From contig NC_069000.1 of assembly GCF_001194135.2 (NCBI RefSeq), positions 46,500,755 to 46,564,754 of the forward strand: a DNA stretch of 64,000 nt, read 5' to 3'. A program made the translations under genes and the position numbers. Each line of letters starts with the position of its first letter. Within the stretch, counting starts at the first letter, position 1. Positions 12,135-23,401 of this stretch are shown one piece after another. The stretch comes from Octopus bimaculoides (lineage: Eukaryota). The notes beneath the pieces were generated by a model. The model did no database searches. It was not told the DNA's origin and saw only the letters and a program-made list of their open reading frames with translations.

Positions 12135-12330
12135 CATGGCAACCTCACTAGTACTGGTGCCACAAACATAGTACCCTGTACATTCTGTAAAGGGATTTGG
12201 TATTATGGCATTAGGAAGGGCATTAAGCCATAGAAAAGTAAACATTGGAGCATGAACCAGTCCTCCAATTCGTCGGATCCTGTCAAACCGTCGAACCCTT
12301 CCTAGCATGGAAGATGGACGTTAAATGGCG
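12135..12330 (+). mobile_element. SINE 3' portion with ggcattaggaagggcat motif (MetaSINE-like central domain)
   Basis: Motifs ggcattaggaagggcattaagccatagaaa and tcctgtcaaaccgtcgaacc...agcatggaagatggacgttaaa; related pieces at ~11495-11580 and ~15520-15620. Family name from memory. Confidence 0.55.
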
Positions 12331-12411
12331 ATATATTGTTCATTCATTTTGTTTAATGCCTGTTTTCGATGTAGGCATGGCTAAGCATGAGAAAACTGAA
12401 AATAGATTTTG

Positions 12412-12466
<55 letters not shown>

Positions 12467-13329
12467 TGCTGAACAATTTGTGTTTACAAAGGAAAATGTA
12501 CTCTGTACATAAAGTGTAATTTCTATATTTTATTAGAAGCTGAAACTTTTTGAATCATTACTTTAAGTTTCAAGATGATGTTTTTCAGACAATCGAAGCA
12601 GGAAAGCAGCATGACAATATATAAGCAAAAATATTCGTTAACCCTTTGAAATATTAGTTTTTGAAATTTGATTAGTTGCCAAAACAAATGTTTCACACTC
12701 ATCCGTTCCTGTGTCATCTGCAGAACACTTGCTCTCGTCGTTGAAACATGTGGTTAGGGTGTTGGATTCATGATTCTCAGGTCGTGGGTTCCATTCTTGG
12801 ACCTAGCAACATGTCTGCCAGCAAGGTTTCATATTACTCAAGTTTACTCAGCTGTAAATTTAAAGCAACTTGCAAAAATGTTGTATAATCTACTGGGTTA
12901 TATTTGTTTGTGAGTGATGGCTAAGGCCGTTCAAAAATATATTTTTGTCCTCAGTACCACATGTGTAAAACACACAAGACCCAGGAAGGTGACTCTTCAG
13001 GCAGTTTTAGTTTTGATGAGAAACATTTTTTGTAAAGATTTTTATCTTTCAGTATATGATGAATCCTAAACGTGGCAAATAAACTATTTCAACCAATTGG
13101 TATTTGGAAATGTCTCGTCAAATATCAATAGAGTAAGCTGAAAGAATTTAATAATTTCAATCTTTTGTGCTAAATTGTGAAAAACTTGTATCCTATGTTG
13201 TATTTCTCTCAGCGACAAAAATTACTACTTCTGGAGCAGTTACTACAGGGTTGTATTTGTTATGGATTAAATGAGTTTATATTTGTTAGTATAGGCTGGA
13301 TAAAAATCCTTAAAAAAATATTCCTCACA

Positions 13330-13600
13330 GTGTACGTATCTATTTAGATTCTCAGAAAGACATCTCACTGCTTCATTCTCCAAACATATTTGGAGTTTAA
13401 AGGATGACAATATTTAATATTAACGATTATAAACTCGATTGGTTCAATATAGAGCACACGTCATCCTACTGTAATGGTTCCAGAAGCTGCCATCTTTGTT
13501 TCTTGGAGAAATATGGCACTCTGTTATAGACCATTACAATTTGGAATTGATAAGTTCTGAAAGTCACTTTCATTAATATTTGTTAAGGAATTTTCAAATT
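13330..13600 (+). mobile_element. Penelope-like element, GIY-YIG region remnant
   Basis: Translates HLTASFSKHIWSLKDDNI*Y, resembling the PLE endonuclease motif T.LSK(H/Y)IW.LK..N; stops present. Confidence 0.5.
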
Positions 13601-14350
13601 GCAATGGTTAAAATAGTTTAGTTCCCACATATTGAATTTATCATACTCTGAAAGATAATTACATATTGCGGAAAAAAATAACCCTGAAATTGCCTAAATA
13701 ATATCCAGCTTGCTTTGGTGCCTTTTACACGTATGACGCTGAAGCCAAGATGATAATAGGTGTTGATAAATAATTCTTTCATGTGTTACGCATATAACAG
13801 TTGGATGATTGTGTGATGCAATCAAACAAAACGATCAGTTGTATTTCGATGGGATTTACGAATACTTTTGATTATATATTGTCACGCTACTTTCTTTCTT
13901 GAATCGTTTGAATAAAAGGCAAATGAGAGAGTAACTGTTCATACTACAAATACTGCTAATAAAAATAACATATCCAATTGCTACAGTCTGTAGATGAAAA
14001 ACAAGATGGTACTTAAAGCAAAGTGTATAGTTTATTCATATATTTTTAAAACTGAGATTGTGGTCAGTACTCCCAATTTCATGCTCTTACTGTGTGTAAT
14101 CTGAGTAGTGTTAAAGTCTCATGTATTCATTTGAAGCTTAGGCTTTCCTCTGTCGCTGCTCCGAGATTATTCATTTCTTCAAAGTAATTTACAAATACGT
14201 TATATATTGTGGAGAATGTGATAGAAACAGGAAACTCAGAGTAGCGACTGAGTAAAACTTTGCTTTAAATGAATGTACATATTTTACGACATGTGTTGAA
14301 TATTTTTCTCTTTTGTTTGTCCAGCCAAATGGATACATATGTGTGTACGC

Positions 14351-14395
<45 letters not shown>

Positions 14396-15839
14396 CATAA
14401 TCGATTGCACATAATGTATGTGCTTTGTTCGCCGGATTCGCTGCGGAATAATGCTTGGGGATGACACCCTTATGACGCTGGGTGTTAAAACACCCGAAAG
14501 TCAGCATTATAAGGGAGTCATCCCCAAGCGCTATAACGCAGCGAGTCCGGCAAACAAAGAAAGCACGTACATTGAATATGGGCGATCGATAATGTTTACA
14601 TGACTAACGCTCCTTTTAATTCATTATTGAATACACACACACTCATACGACGCACATGCATCGATGTGTGTGAATAATGCAGATACATTGTCAGATAGTA
14701 TTGGTAAACCAATGCCAACCAACTTTGATGAGTTTCTCTGCAAAAAAAAAAAAATTAAGAATCTACCATTTTCTCAACTTTGCTGCCGCAGAACTCTGCA
14801 TAAAGGCTCTCACTTGTTCCATGCTGCATTTAACGATTCCAAAATAAAAATGGTGGTTTTTTAAATAATAAAAGAAAAAAAACTAAACTCGAAGTCGTTT
14901 GTCTCTGATCATTTGTTGAATTGTCTTCGTGTTTTTTTAATTTTATTTTATTTTATTTTTTGTACTTGTGTCTGGGCAAGGAAACAGACCCCATGGCCAA
15001 CTTATTGGTACATGGCGAAGGCAGTGTCTATCGATGGTGTTGACCATGCATGGGCTGACTTTATCGAGAAGCGGGCCGCACTACTAAAAAAAAATTCAAG
15101 CTAAGTTTTCGTTAGGCACGCCATTCAGAAAGTCCCACGGGCTGCAGTTTACTCGTGACTGGCGTAGACGGTCTCTGTCGATACACGACGATAAATGTGT
15201 CTGTGGATACTCAATGAAGACGGTTTCCATCGATTTAGGGTGACGATGGTCTCTTGGACAAAACAAGGAATGAGATTAGAAGATGTTTAAGTAGAAATAA
15301 AAGCAGGTGTTTGGAGAATTATGGAGAGAATTGTGTTGGGTAAAAAGCAAAGAAAATATTGTAAATTGGAATTGTCCAAATAGATAAAACCTTTCTGTTT
15401 TGCAGAGGATGGTTGGTCAGGACTGACTTGCAATTAAACTACCGATATATATTATCGAACTGAGAGATATAAAGATTAATCGCCCCCGCATAATTCTTTG
15501 AGGTTTGTTGTTTTGTAAGCTGCATGGCAACCTCACTGGTGCAACCTTTGGAGCCATCGGATTCTACTAGATCTTCCAACCCATGTCAGCATGGAATATG
15601 GTCGTTAAAGGATGTTCGTGACGATTTAACCCCACATATTAAAAGATAAACAGGAAAGACTACCCCCATCGGGGTCTGTCTTAACACAAATAAGTAAGCG
15701 CCGGTAATATTCACAGAGAATTTCTGTGATGGCCTTCAACGAAATGAGATTATGAAGAACGTTTTGTTGTTTGCGAGGAAGATTTTTGATGATTTTAATC
15801 TAAGAATCCGAAGATAAAAAGAACGAAATTAAAGACATC

Positions 15840-16075
15840 CGACATGGTTATCTTCTGGCCTGCTGCCACCGGATATAAAGCAGTGTTTGTTGCACCGATT
15901 CTGGCAACATAATGCCATGTTTCAAGATGATACCTGCCTCTAATTTCAGATTTATTTCTATGATGACTGGGTGTTAATCTCAGTCTATTCTTGTTCCCGT
16001 AATGTTTATATATTTTGGTAATTGAAGATAACCGAACTAATTGTTCTCTGTCGACTCCTCCCATCTTATTAGAAG
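15840..16075 (-). mobile_element. piggyBac-type transposase C-terminal remnant
   Basis: ORF 15795-16118 contains NKMGGVDREQLV, similar to piggyBac YNK.MGGVD..DQ. Confidence 0.45.
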
Positions 16076-16202
16076 ACGCGCATGTGTGTGCATATTGTGT
16101 ATATCTACACACATACATACATGTATGAATGTATATATTATATATAGGTATATATACACATACGTAGATACATACACCAAATACGTAAAACTTATATTTG
16201 TG

Positions 16203-16277
<75 letters not shown>

Positions 16278-16506
16278 AAATATATGTATATATATATATA
16301 TGTATATGTACATTTTGTGGATACATTCATACATACAATATACGCATACAACTTATACGTACATATCAGTGGATTATATAACCTTTCCTTACAAAATAGT
16401 AAATGGCAAATAATTTACTTCTTTAACTGCCCTCATATATTATATACATACATACACACATGCATACATACATACACACATACATACATACATACAGTTA
16501 GTTATT

Positions 16507-16716
16507 TGGCAGAGGTGTTAGGGCATCAGAGAGATTGCTTTACGTAATCATACAGGTGCCCTGCGATCTGGTTTCAAATGCCACCGAACTCAACTTCATC
16601 TTTCATCCTTTTGGTGTTAATAAAAAAAGAAACACCGACCCAATTCTGGGGTCAATGATTCTTCTCTTTTTCTCACTCATTCTTTCTTCTTCTTCTTCTT
16701 CTTCTTCTTCTTCTTC
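16507..16716 (+). mobile_element. SINE family A followed by (TTC)n
   Basis: ttggcagaggtgttagggcatc...gtttcaaatgccaccgaactcaacttcatctttcatccttttgg. Confidence 0.7.
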
Positions 16717-16863
16717 TCGAATATTGATTGCATTCAAACGTGAGAAGGCATCATAGGATTGGCCAAGTATAAAAAGGTTTAAGATACACTCTATGTTCCC
16801 ATGACTCCATTAACGCATTAAGGGCCCTATACTATCTATCTATCTATCTAATCTATCTATCTT

Positions 16864-16895
<32 letters not shown>

Positions 16896-17631
16896 ATGTA
16901 TATGTATATAGTTTATTTAATCCAGGGTCTGTTACTCCGGAATTTTGACGGCATACTGCCGTTTCTTCAGACAGGTAGATACTCCAGAGTAACAGGCACC
17001 ACTCTAAGTTTGTGCTGAGTACTTTCTCCGGATCAATACCGAAGAACAGTATACACACACACACACACACATGCGCTCGTACACATGTGGATAAGTATGT
17101 ACGTATATAAACATATATAGCCTCTGTGTGTGTGTGTGTGTGTACGTTGTCTATGCCAACGAAGTTGGTGCTAAACAGTGTCTAAAGCTGTTATACAAAG
17201 AAGCACGTGAACGGCTAATTCCTCCCAAATTCTAAACTCATCCATCACGTGGGCCACCAAAGTTATTTGGCACCAACATTCAGGATGAGTTCTGGTGATC
17301 CAAATGCTTTAAGTACCCATCCCACTGCCAGCCACACTTCACTTTCCCAACCCAAAATCTTTATTTTATTATTATTATTATTGTTTTGTTTTTTCTTTAT
17401 GATGTCTTATATTTCAATTTCCGTCCGTGAATCTTTGCGTGTCTGTATGTGTGTGCTGCTCTCTCTTCCCAGCTCACAGATGTGTGTGTGTGTTCTTGTA
17501 TGCGTGTACGTGTCTATGTGTTATGTATTTTTAGCTTAGCATATGATTGAACAGCGAACATATTTTGAAAATACGAAATGAGATATTGCACACACATGCA
17601 CACACACACACATTCTTATAGAAATAATTTA

Positions 17632-17721
17632 CTATATTTATTCGTGTATTAGTCGTACTATTTTATACTTAATTTTATTTGAAAAAAAAATGGGGTGCGA
17701 CCTATACATGAGTAAATACGG
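17632..17721. mobile_element. 90-bp Tc1/mariner-superfamily (Tc2/pogo-like) MITE
   Basis: TA-flanked on both sides (17630-31, 17722-23); imperfect inverted repeats of 30 bp including the TA: tactatatttattcgtgtattagtcgtact vs revcomp taccgtatttactcatgtataggtcgcacc (22/30). Confidence 0.7.
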
Positions 17722-18224
17722 TATCATAAAAATAGAATAAAAAGCAGAAAAGCATAAATTTCACATATAGTTCATAATGTTATTGCGCTCTACAGCTGTT
17801 TCACTGACATAAAACATCGTTATTTATCATTATTTATCGAAACTATGTAGACAGCACAAGAAGAAGCGACCTTATGGTCGCTTCCAAGTGTGCTGTCAAC
17901 ATACCTTCGATTAACCTCTGCCCCTTTCGTCTATCTACTGCGCATGCGCTCTCTAGTAGTAACAGAAATAATTTTTTTCATATAACGTAATGGATGTTTT
18001 TTTTCTTTATATAATGTAATGTGTAAGTTTGTGTGTGTGCGTGTGTGTGTTAATGCATGCTAATATATGTATGTTACATAATATGGGTGCTATTCTGTGT
18101 GTGCGTGAGTACGGTGTATGTGTGTATGTGTGTGTGCGTGCATGTGTTGCGTGTAGGTGTGTACATGCATGTTTGTGTGCGTGTGTGTGTTAATGTATAT
18201 TAGTGCGAGTTATATAACGTAGGT

Positions 18225-18540
18225 GCTGAGAGGTTCGGGCGTTCGGTTCACGATTGCAAGGTCGTGAGTTCGAATCCCGGCGGTGCATCTTGTCCTTGAG
18301 CAAGACTCTTTATTTTCCCGTTGCTGCAGTCCGCTCGACTGGCAAAAATGAGTGGTACCTGTACTTCAAAGGGGCCTTTCTTGTCACATTCTGTATTACG
18401 CTGATTCTCCCTGGGAGCTATGTCAAGTGTACGCGTGGCTGTGGAGTACTCAACCGCTTGCACGTTAATCTCACGAGCAGGCTGTTCTGTTGATCGGATT
18501 AGATCAACCGGAACATTCCTCGTCATAACCGACGGTGAGT
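18225..18540 (+). mobile_element. tRNA-derived CORE-type SINE (family B)
   Basis: tRNA-like head (gttcgaatccc B box) then CORE-like tgtccttgagcaagactctt...ggcaaaaatgag; related heads at 12740, 27770, 53547, 57945(-), 60890-61175(-). Confidence 0.75.
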
Positions 18541-18689
18541 CAGACATGTATGTATGTGTGTGTGTGTGTGTATAGAAGTAAAATGACCAATATATCAACA
18601 CAATGGACCACTTCCTTTTTCTTGGAACGCCATCTGGTGAGATGAGCAGCTCCCTGTGAGAGACTAGTGTTGGGGTGGGGGGTTGATCT

Positions 18690-18840
18690 ATTATATTGAA
18701 CCCAGGACTTGACTGAGACTTTTTTTCATCGACCCTGAATAGATGAAAAACAAAGTTGACCTCAGCCGGATTTGAACTCAGACCATAAAAAGCTGGAACA
18801 ATTACCTCTAGACATTATGTCCAACACTCTAATTCTGCTC
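18690..18840 (-). mobile_element. SINE family A, reverse
   Basis: aaagttgacctcagccggatttgaactcaga = revcomp of the family A core. Confidence 0.75.
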
Positions 18841-19015
18841 CAGTCATCATCACCATCACCATCATTATCACACCTACCATCTTCATCATCATCATCATCA
18901 TCATCATCACCACCACCCTCATCAGCTCCCCCTTCTACCTCTACCCAACACTTCTTTTTGTTTCCTTTCTCCTCTTCATTCTTCTCATTATGATCGTCAG
19001 CACCACGACGACGAC

Positions 19016-19069
<54 letters not shown>

Positions 19070-19821
19070 GATGATGATGATGATGATGATGATGNNNNNN
19101 NNNNNNNNNNNNNNNNNNNNNNNNNNNNNNNNNNNNNNNNNNNNNNNNNNNNNNNNNNNNNNNNNNNNNNNNNNNNNNNNNNNNNNNNNNNNNNNNNNNN
19201 NNNNNNNNNNNNNNNNNNNNNNNNNNNNNNNNNNNNNNNNNNNNNNNNNNNNNNNNNNNNNNNNNNNNNNNNNNNNNNNNNNNNNNNNNNNNNNNNNNNN
19301 NNNNNNNNNNNNNNNNNNNNNNNNNNNNNNNNNNNNNNNNNNNNNNNNNNNNNNNNNNNNNNNNNNNNNNNNNNNNNNNNNNNNNNNNNNNNNNNNNNNN
19401 NNNNNNNNNNNNNNNNNNNNNNNNNNNNNNNNNNNNNNNNNNNNNNNNNNNNNNNNNNNNNNNNNNNNNNNNNNNNNNNNNNNNNNNNNNNNNNNNNNNN
19501 NNNNNNNNNNNNNNNNNNNNNNNNNNNNNNNNNNNNNNNNNNNNNNNNNNNNNNNNNNNNNNNNNNNNNNNNNNNNNNNNNNNNNNNNNNNNNNNNNNNN
19601 NNNNNNNNNNNNNNNNNNNNNNNNNNNNNNNNNNNNNNNNNNNNNNNNNNNNNNNNNNNNNNNNNNNNNNNNNNNNNNNNNNNNNNNNNNNNNNNNNNNN
19701 NNNNNNNNNNNNNNNNNNNNNNNNNNNNNNNNNNNNNNNNNNNNNNNNNNNNNNNNNNNNNNNNNNNNNNNNNNNNNNNNNNNNNNNNNNNNNNNNNNNN
19801 NNNNNNNNNNNNNNNNNNNNN

Positions 19822-19878
<57 letters not shown>

Positions 19879-20182
19879 CGCACTTGCATTCACACATAGC
19901 TGCATAAATATTCACACACACACACACACATCTACACGGCTTATTTACATCGACACGTTTATACGACTAATGATTCGCATTACCTACATATATAGAAGTA
20001 CACTTCACACTAATATACACTCGCTTCGCCACACAGCATTTACACACTCACAGTGCAACACAGAATACTCATGACCGCATAGGTACGCGGTGTATATACA
20101 CTGCAAAGAATATATACATTCGAATCGGTTTACACCTACCCAAGGTTTCACGCAGTGAGATTGAAACCGGAACCATGTGGTG

Positions 20183-20410
20183 AGAAGTTTGCTTCCCAGC
20201 CGTATGGTTCCAGGTTCAGTCCCACTACGTGACATCTTGGGCAAGATCTTCTACTGTAGCCTCGTGCCGACCAAAACTTTGTGGATTTGGTAGACGGAAA
20301 CTAAAAGAAGCCTATCGTATATATGTGTATATATATGTGGGGGGGGGGTGTTATCTGTGTTTTCTCCCCTCACCGGTGTTGGTGTGCTCACGTCCCCTTA
20401 ACGGTTTGGA
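20183..20410 (+). mobile_element. CORE-type SINE (second subfamily)
   Basis: gttccaggttcagtcccactacgtgacatcttgggcaag...ggatttggtagacggaaac; same family as 28425-28575(-) and 32605-32790(+). Confidence 0.7.
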
Positions 20411-21146
20411 TGTTTGATTCATACGTCATCAATCAGATGTTTATTTCTGTTTTTGATCAGTCTCTTTTGAATTATTGATTTCAGATTTGACGTGAAAACA
20501 AATTGGAAGCTCGCTATGCAATTAAGCTTTGTGTTAAATTGGGCAAAAACACCACAGAAACAGTCTGTGAAATGCTCCAGACTGTTTATTGGATAAGTTG
20601 TGTGAGCCAAGCAATTGCTTTTCACTGGCACAAAAGGCCAGGCAAAGCAAATCCAATGGGAAGGTCATGATGATCCTCTTTTTCGATGGCAAGGGCATCA
20701 TCCGCATCCACTGGGTTCCCTCTAGCCAGACGGTCATCAAAGAGTACTTTGAGGAGGTTTTGAGGGAGTTCAGGAAGAGAATTCGTTGCAAAGGGTCAGA
20801 GATCTAGCACTAGACGGTGTCACTTGCACCAGTCCACAATTCCATCCAGGTAATCAACAATTTCACAGAGATGGACATCAAGACTGTCTCCCATCCTCAC
20901 TACAGACCAGTAACTCTTGGTTGTTTCCCAACCTGAAAGAGAGGATGAAGGAGGCCGTGATAAAGGACTTGGACACCATCACTTTGGAGAGCCTCCATGG
21001 GGCCTTCGCGAAGTGACTGGGATACTGCAACAAGTAGATTGAAGTCAGATGTTGTTACTCTGGAGGAGACAAGAATTTTGTACTTCTTTGAAATTAATAA
21101 GTGTTTCTCTTGAAAAAGTCTGGAAACTTCTAGAATGCACCCTGTA
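20410..21146 (+). mobile_element. Internally deleted, decayed mariner transposon
   Basis: N-terminal RYAIKLCVKLGKNTTET; catalytic region KARQSKSNGKVMMILFFDGKGII..WVPSSQTV.KEYFEEVLREFRKRIR; APVH, SHPHYRP (cf. HPPYSP) and WLFPNLK motifs; 3' TIR-like aaaaagtctggaaactt...cctgTA. Confidence 0.9.
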
Positions 21147-21795
21147 TACCGTGTTACTAACCATACAATATAGCATTTTGCTTTGAGAAATAACAAATTG
21201 GTTACACAATATACATACATACATGCATACATACACACATGCATACATACACACACACACACATACGCATATACTTCATATGAACGCACACACGCATATA
21301 CCACATTATTGAAGGCTGCAATATTACAATGTTGCACCATAACACAATGCAGCATTGCATGCCGGGACCGGTGTGAAGATTTGGCTTTGCTTTTGCAGAA
21401 CTTAAAATATTGCAGCCTTGGAATATCGCTCTGGCCCCTCGGAAAGTGTGGGTCTGGCCTACGTTATTACACAGTTTATACACCTAGGGAGGTGTTACCC
21501 TTTCTGATAACCCAGAGCCCCTACCAATCCATAAAATATGTTCAACCACTTGTCTCAGAGATAGGGAGAAAAAGGGATCCAGTTCTCTCTCTCTCTGTCC
21601 CTATGACCACTACCACTACCAGAGACTCTCCTCCCTTTCATTTGCTGGTTGTATACACCCACTTTTGTATAAACTGATAGGTTTCTCTTTCCTCTCCGTC
21701 ATTCATGCATTGTCTCTTCAATATCTGGTGCCCTCTTCAAGCATATCCAGCCGTCCGTCCGCCCGTCTGCTTATCTATCCATCCACTCATCTATC

Positions 21796-21829
<34 letters not shown>

Positions 21830-22420
21830 GATCGATCGATCTATCTATTTATCTATCTGTCTGTCTGTCTGTCTGACTATTTGTCTGTTTATTTGTCTGT
21901 CTATCTGTCTATCTAATTGCTTATCTATAAATCTTTCCATCCATCCAAACAACCAGCCATCCAACCACCCACCCATCCATCCATCAACCCACCCACCTAA
22001 ACAACCACCCACCCTTCCATCCATCTATCCATTTATCTATCTATCTATGTTTGTGCGCGCGCACACACACACACACGCACATACATATCTACATTGTTCG
22101 CAAGCTCGTTAGTCAGCTGCCTGTCCGTCTTTCTCGTATATTAAACACATAAATACATCTCTACATCTACATCCTCATATACATATACAAATACGTATAT
22201 ACCAATAGGTGAACACATAAACACATAAACGCATTCCTGAATAAATTTAGTTCACTTCTGCCTGACAGGTATGTGCACAGCGCACGCAGGCACACACACA
22301 CACGTGTACATACGCACGTACGCACTCACATACGTATACACATACATGTGCATACGCAATGTTTTGCCTTCCTAATACTGCAAATGTTTGCATGCACATG
22401 CATATGCGGACAGTGCTTCA

Positions 22421-22495
<75 letters not shown>

Positions 22496-22709
22496 GCAGT
22501 GCCGTATATATGCGTGTTTGCACTCCCTGCATGTAAGCTGTCAGAATTCACGTCTTCACATGAATATAAATAGATGATAGCAAAGAGATATTATGCAGAT
22601 ATATCCTTATGTGTATGTATGATGTATGTATGCATGTGTGTGTGTGTGTGTGTGAGTGTGTGTGTATTACATACCACACGCGTACACACAGAAGCATATA
22701 TGTAGAGCG

Positions 22710-22767
<58 letters not shown>

Positions 22768-23356
22768 GCAACAAGTGAAGGGCCACCCGGGCCGCACACA
22801 CTCTAGCTATTCCACTGGATGCATTACGAGCTTAGCTAAACATCGAAGTATTTGGAAAACAAAAAACCTCGAAGTTTATACGCTAGCAATATCCAGGAAT
22901 GAAAGAAAGGAGCCTGAAAGAGTAACTTCTTGTCCTTGAATAGATTGGGACATCACTGTTAGAGATTCAGCTGCTCTATCACCGATCCCTAATGTTGCAG
23001 CAGAGACGGGGTTTTGTATGTCACAGGTCCCAAGCTGAACGAAATGAAATCCTGAAATATCACAATATATACTGCTTAAAAGAAACCTGATGGATTCTGT
23101 CTACGTCTTTGAGCTACAGGAAAATTCTTCACGCATTGGGCAACATGACTAACGACTTATTCATTCCATAACACTACATAACACGCTCGCAGCTGAATAT
23201 ACTAAGACCCTAAAATATTGGTAAATTGATCTCCAGCTTAACGGGGACGTTCCATTATATTCCTTAAGAAGATCTCTCATATGGATCCATGGTTCATAAA
23301 AGCACTCGTAATTATATCGTTGACAGACGAGAACAGTCTACAACGGTCGCGGAAAT

Positions 23357-23401
23357 TGCCAGATCACATGATTTCGCCCTGCTATGGGCTCGTCAGTGAC
23401 A
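23357..23401 (-). ncRNA. Minimal type I hammerhead ribozyme motif (Penelope/retrozyme type)
   Basis: Minus strand: TGTCA CTGACGA GCCC ATAGCA GGGC GAAA TCATGTGA TC TGGCA. Core CUGACGA/GAAA intact, 4-bp stem II, AUC triplet, 5-bp stem I, near-palindromic stem III. Confidence 0.8.

Noticed and set aside
14950-15250. Relatively GC/CpG-rich block as exon or promoter
   Set aside because: All frames short or unrecognisable, and no consistent splice pair.
17939-17949. NRF1-like TGCGCATGCGC motif
   Set aside because: Isolated; similar strings arise often from CA/GT repeat junctions in this window.
18225-18285. tRNA genes (also ~27770, 50390, 53547, 61110)
   Set aside because: Only degenerate A/B boxes running into SINE bodies; no full cloverleaf.
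18762-19927. Long ORFs in the track spanning N runs or microsatellites (also 24.1-25.1, 26.1-26.8, 33.8-34.5, 45.1-45.9, 48.3-49.9, 50.8-51.7, 59.4-60.6 kb)
   Set aside because: They are open only because Ns and di/trinucleotide repeats lack stops; they encode YI/HT/CV/poly-residue runs.
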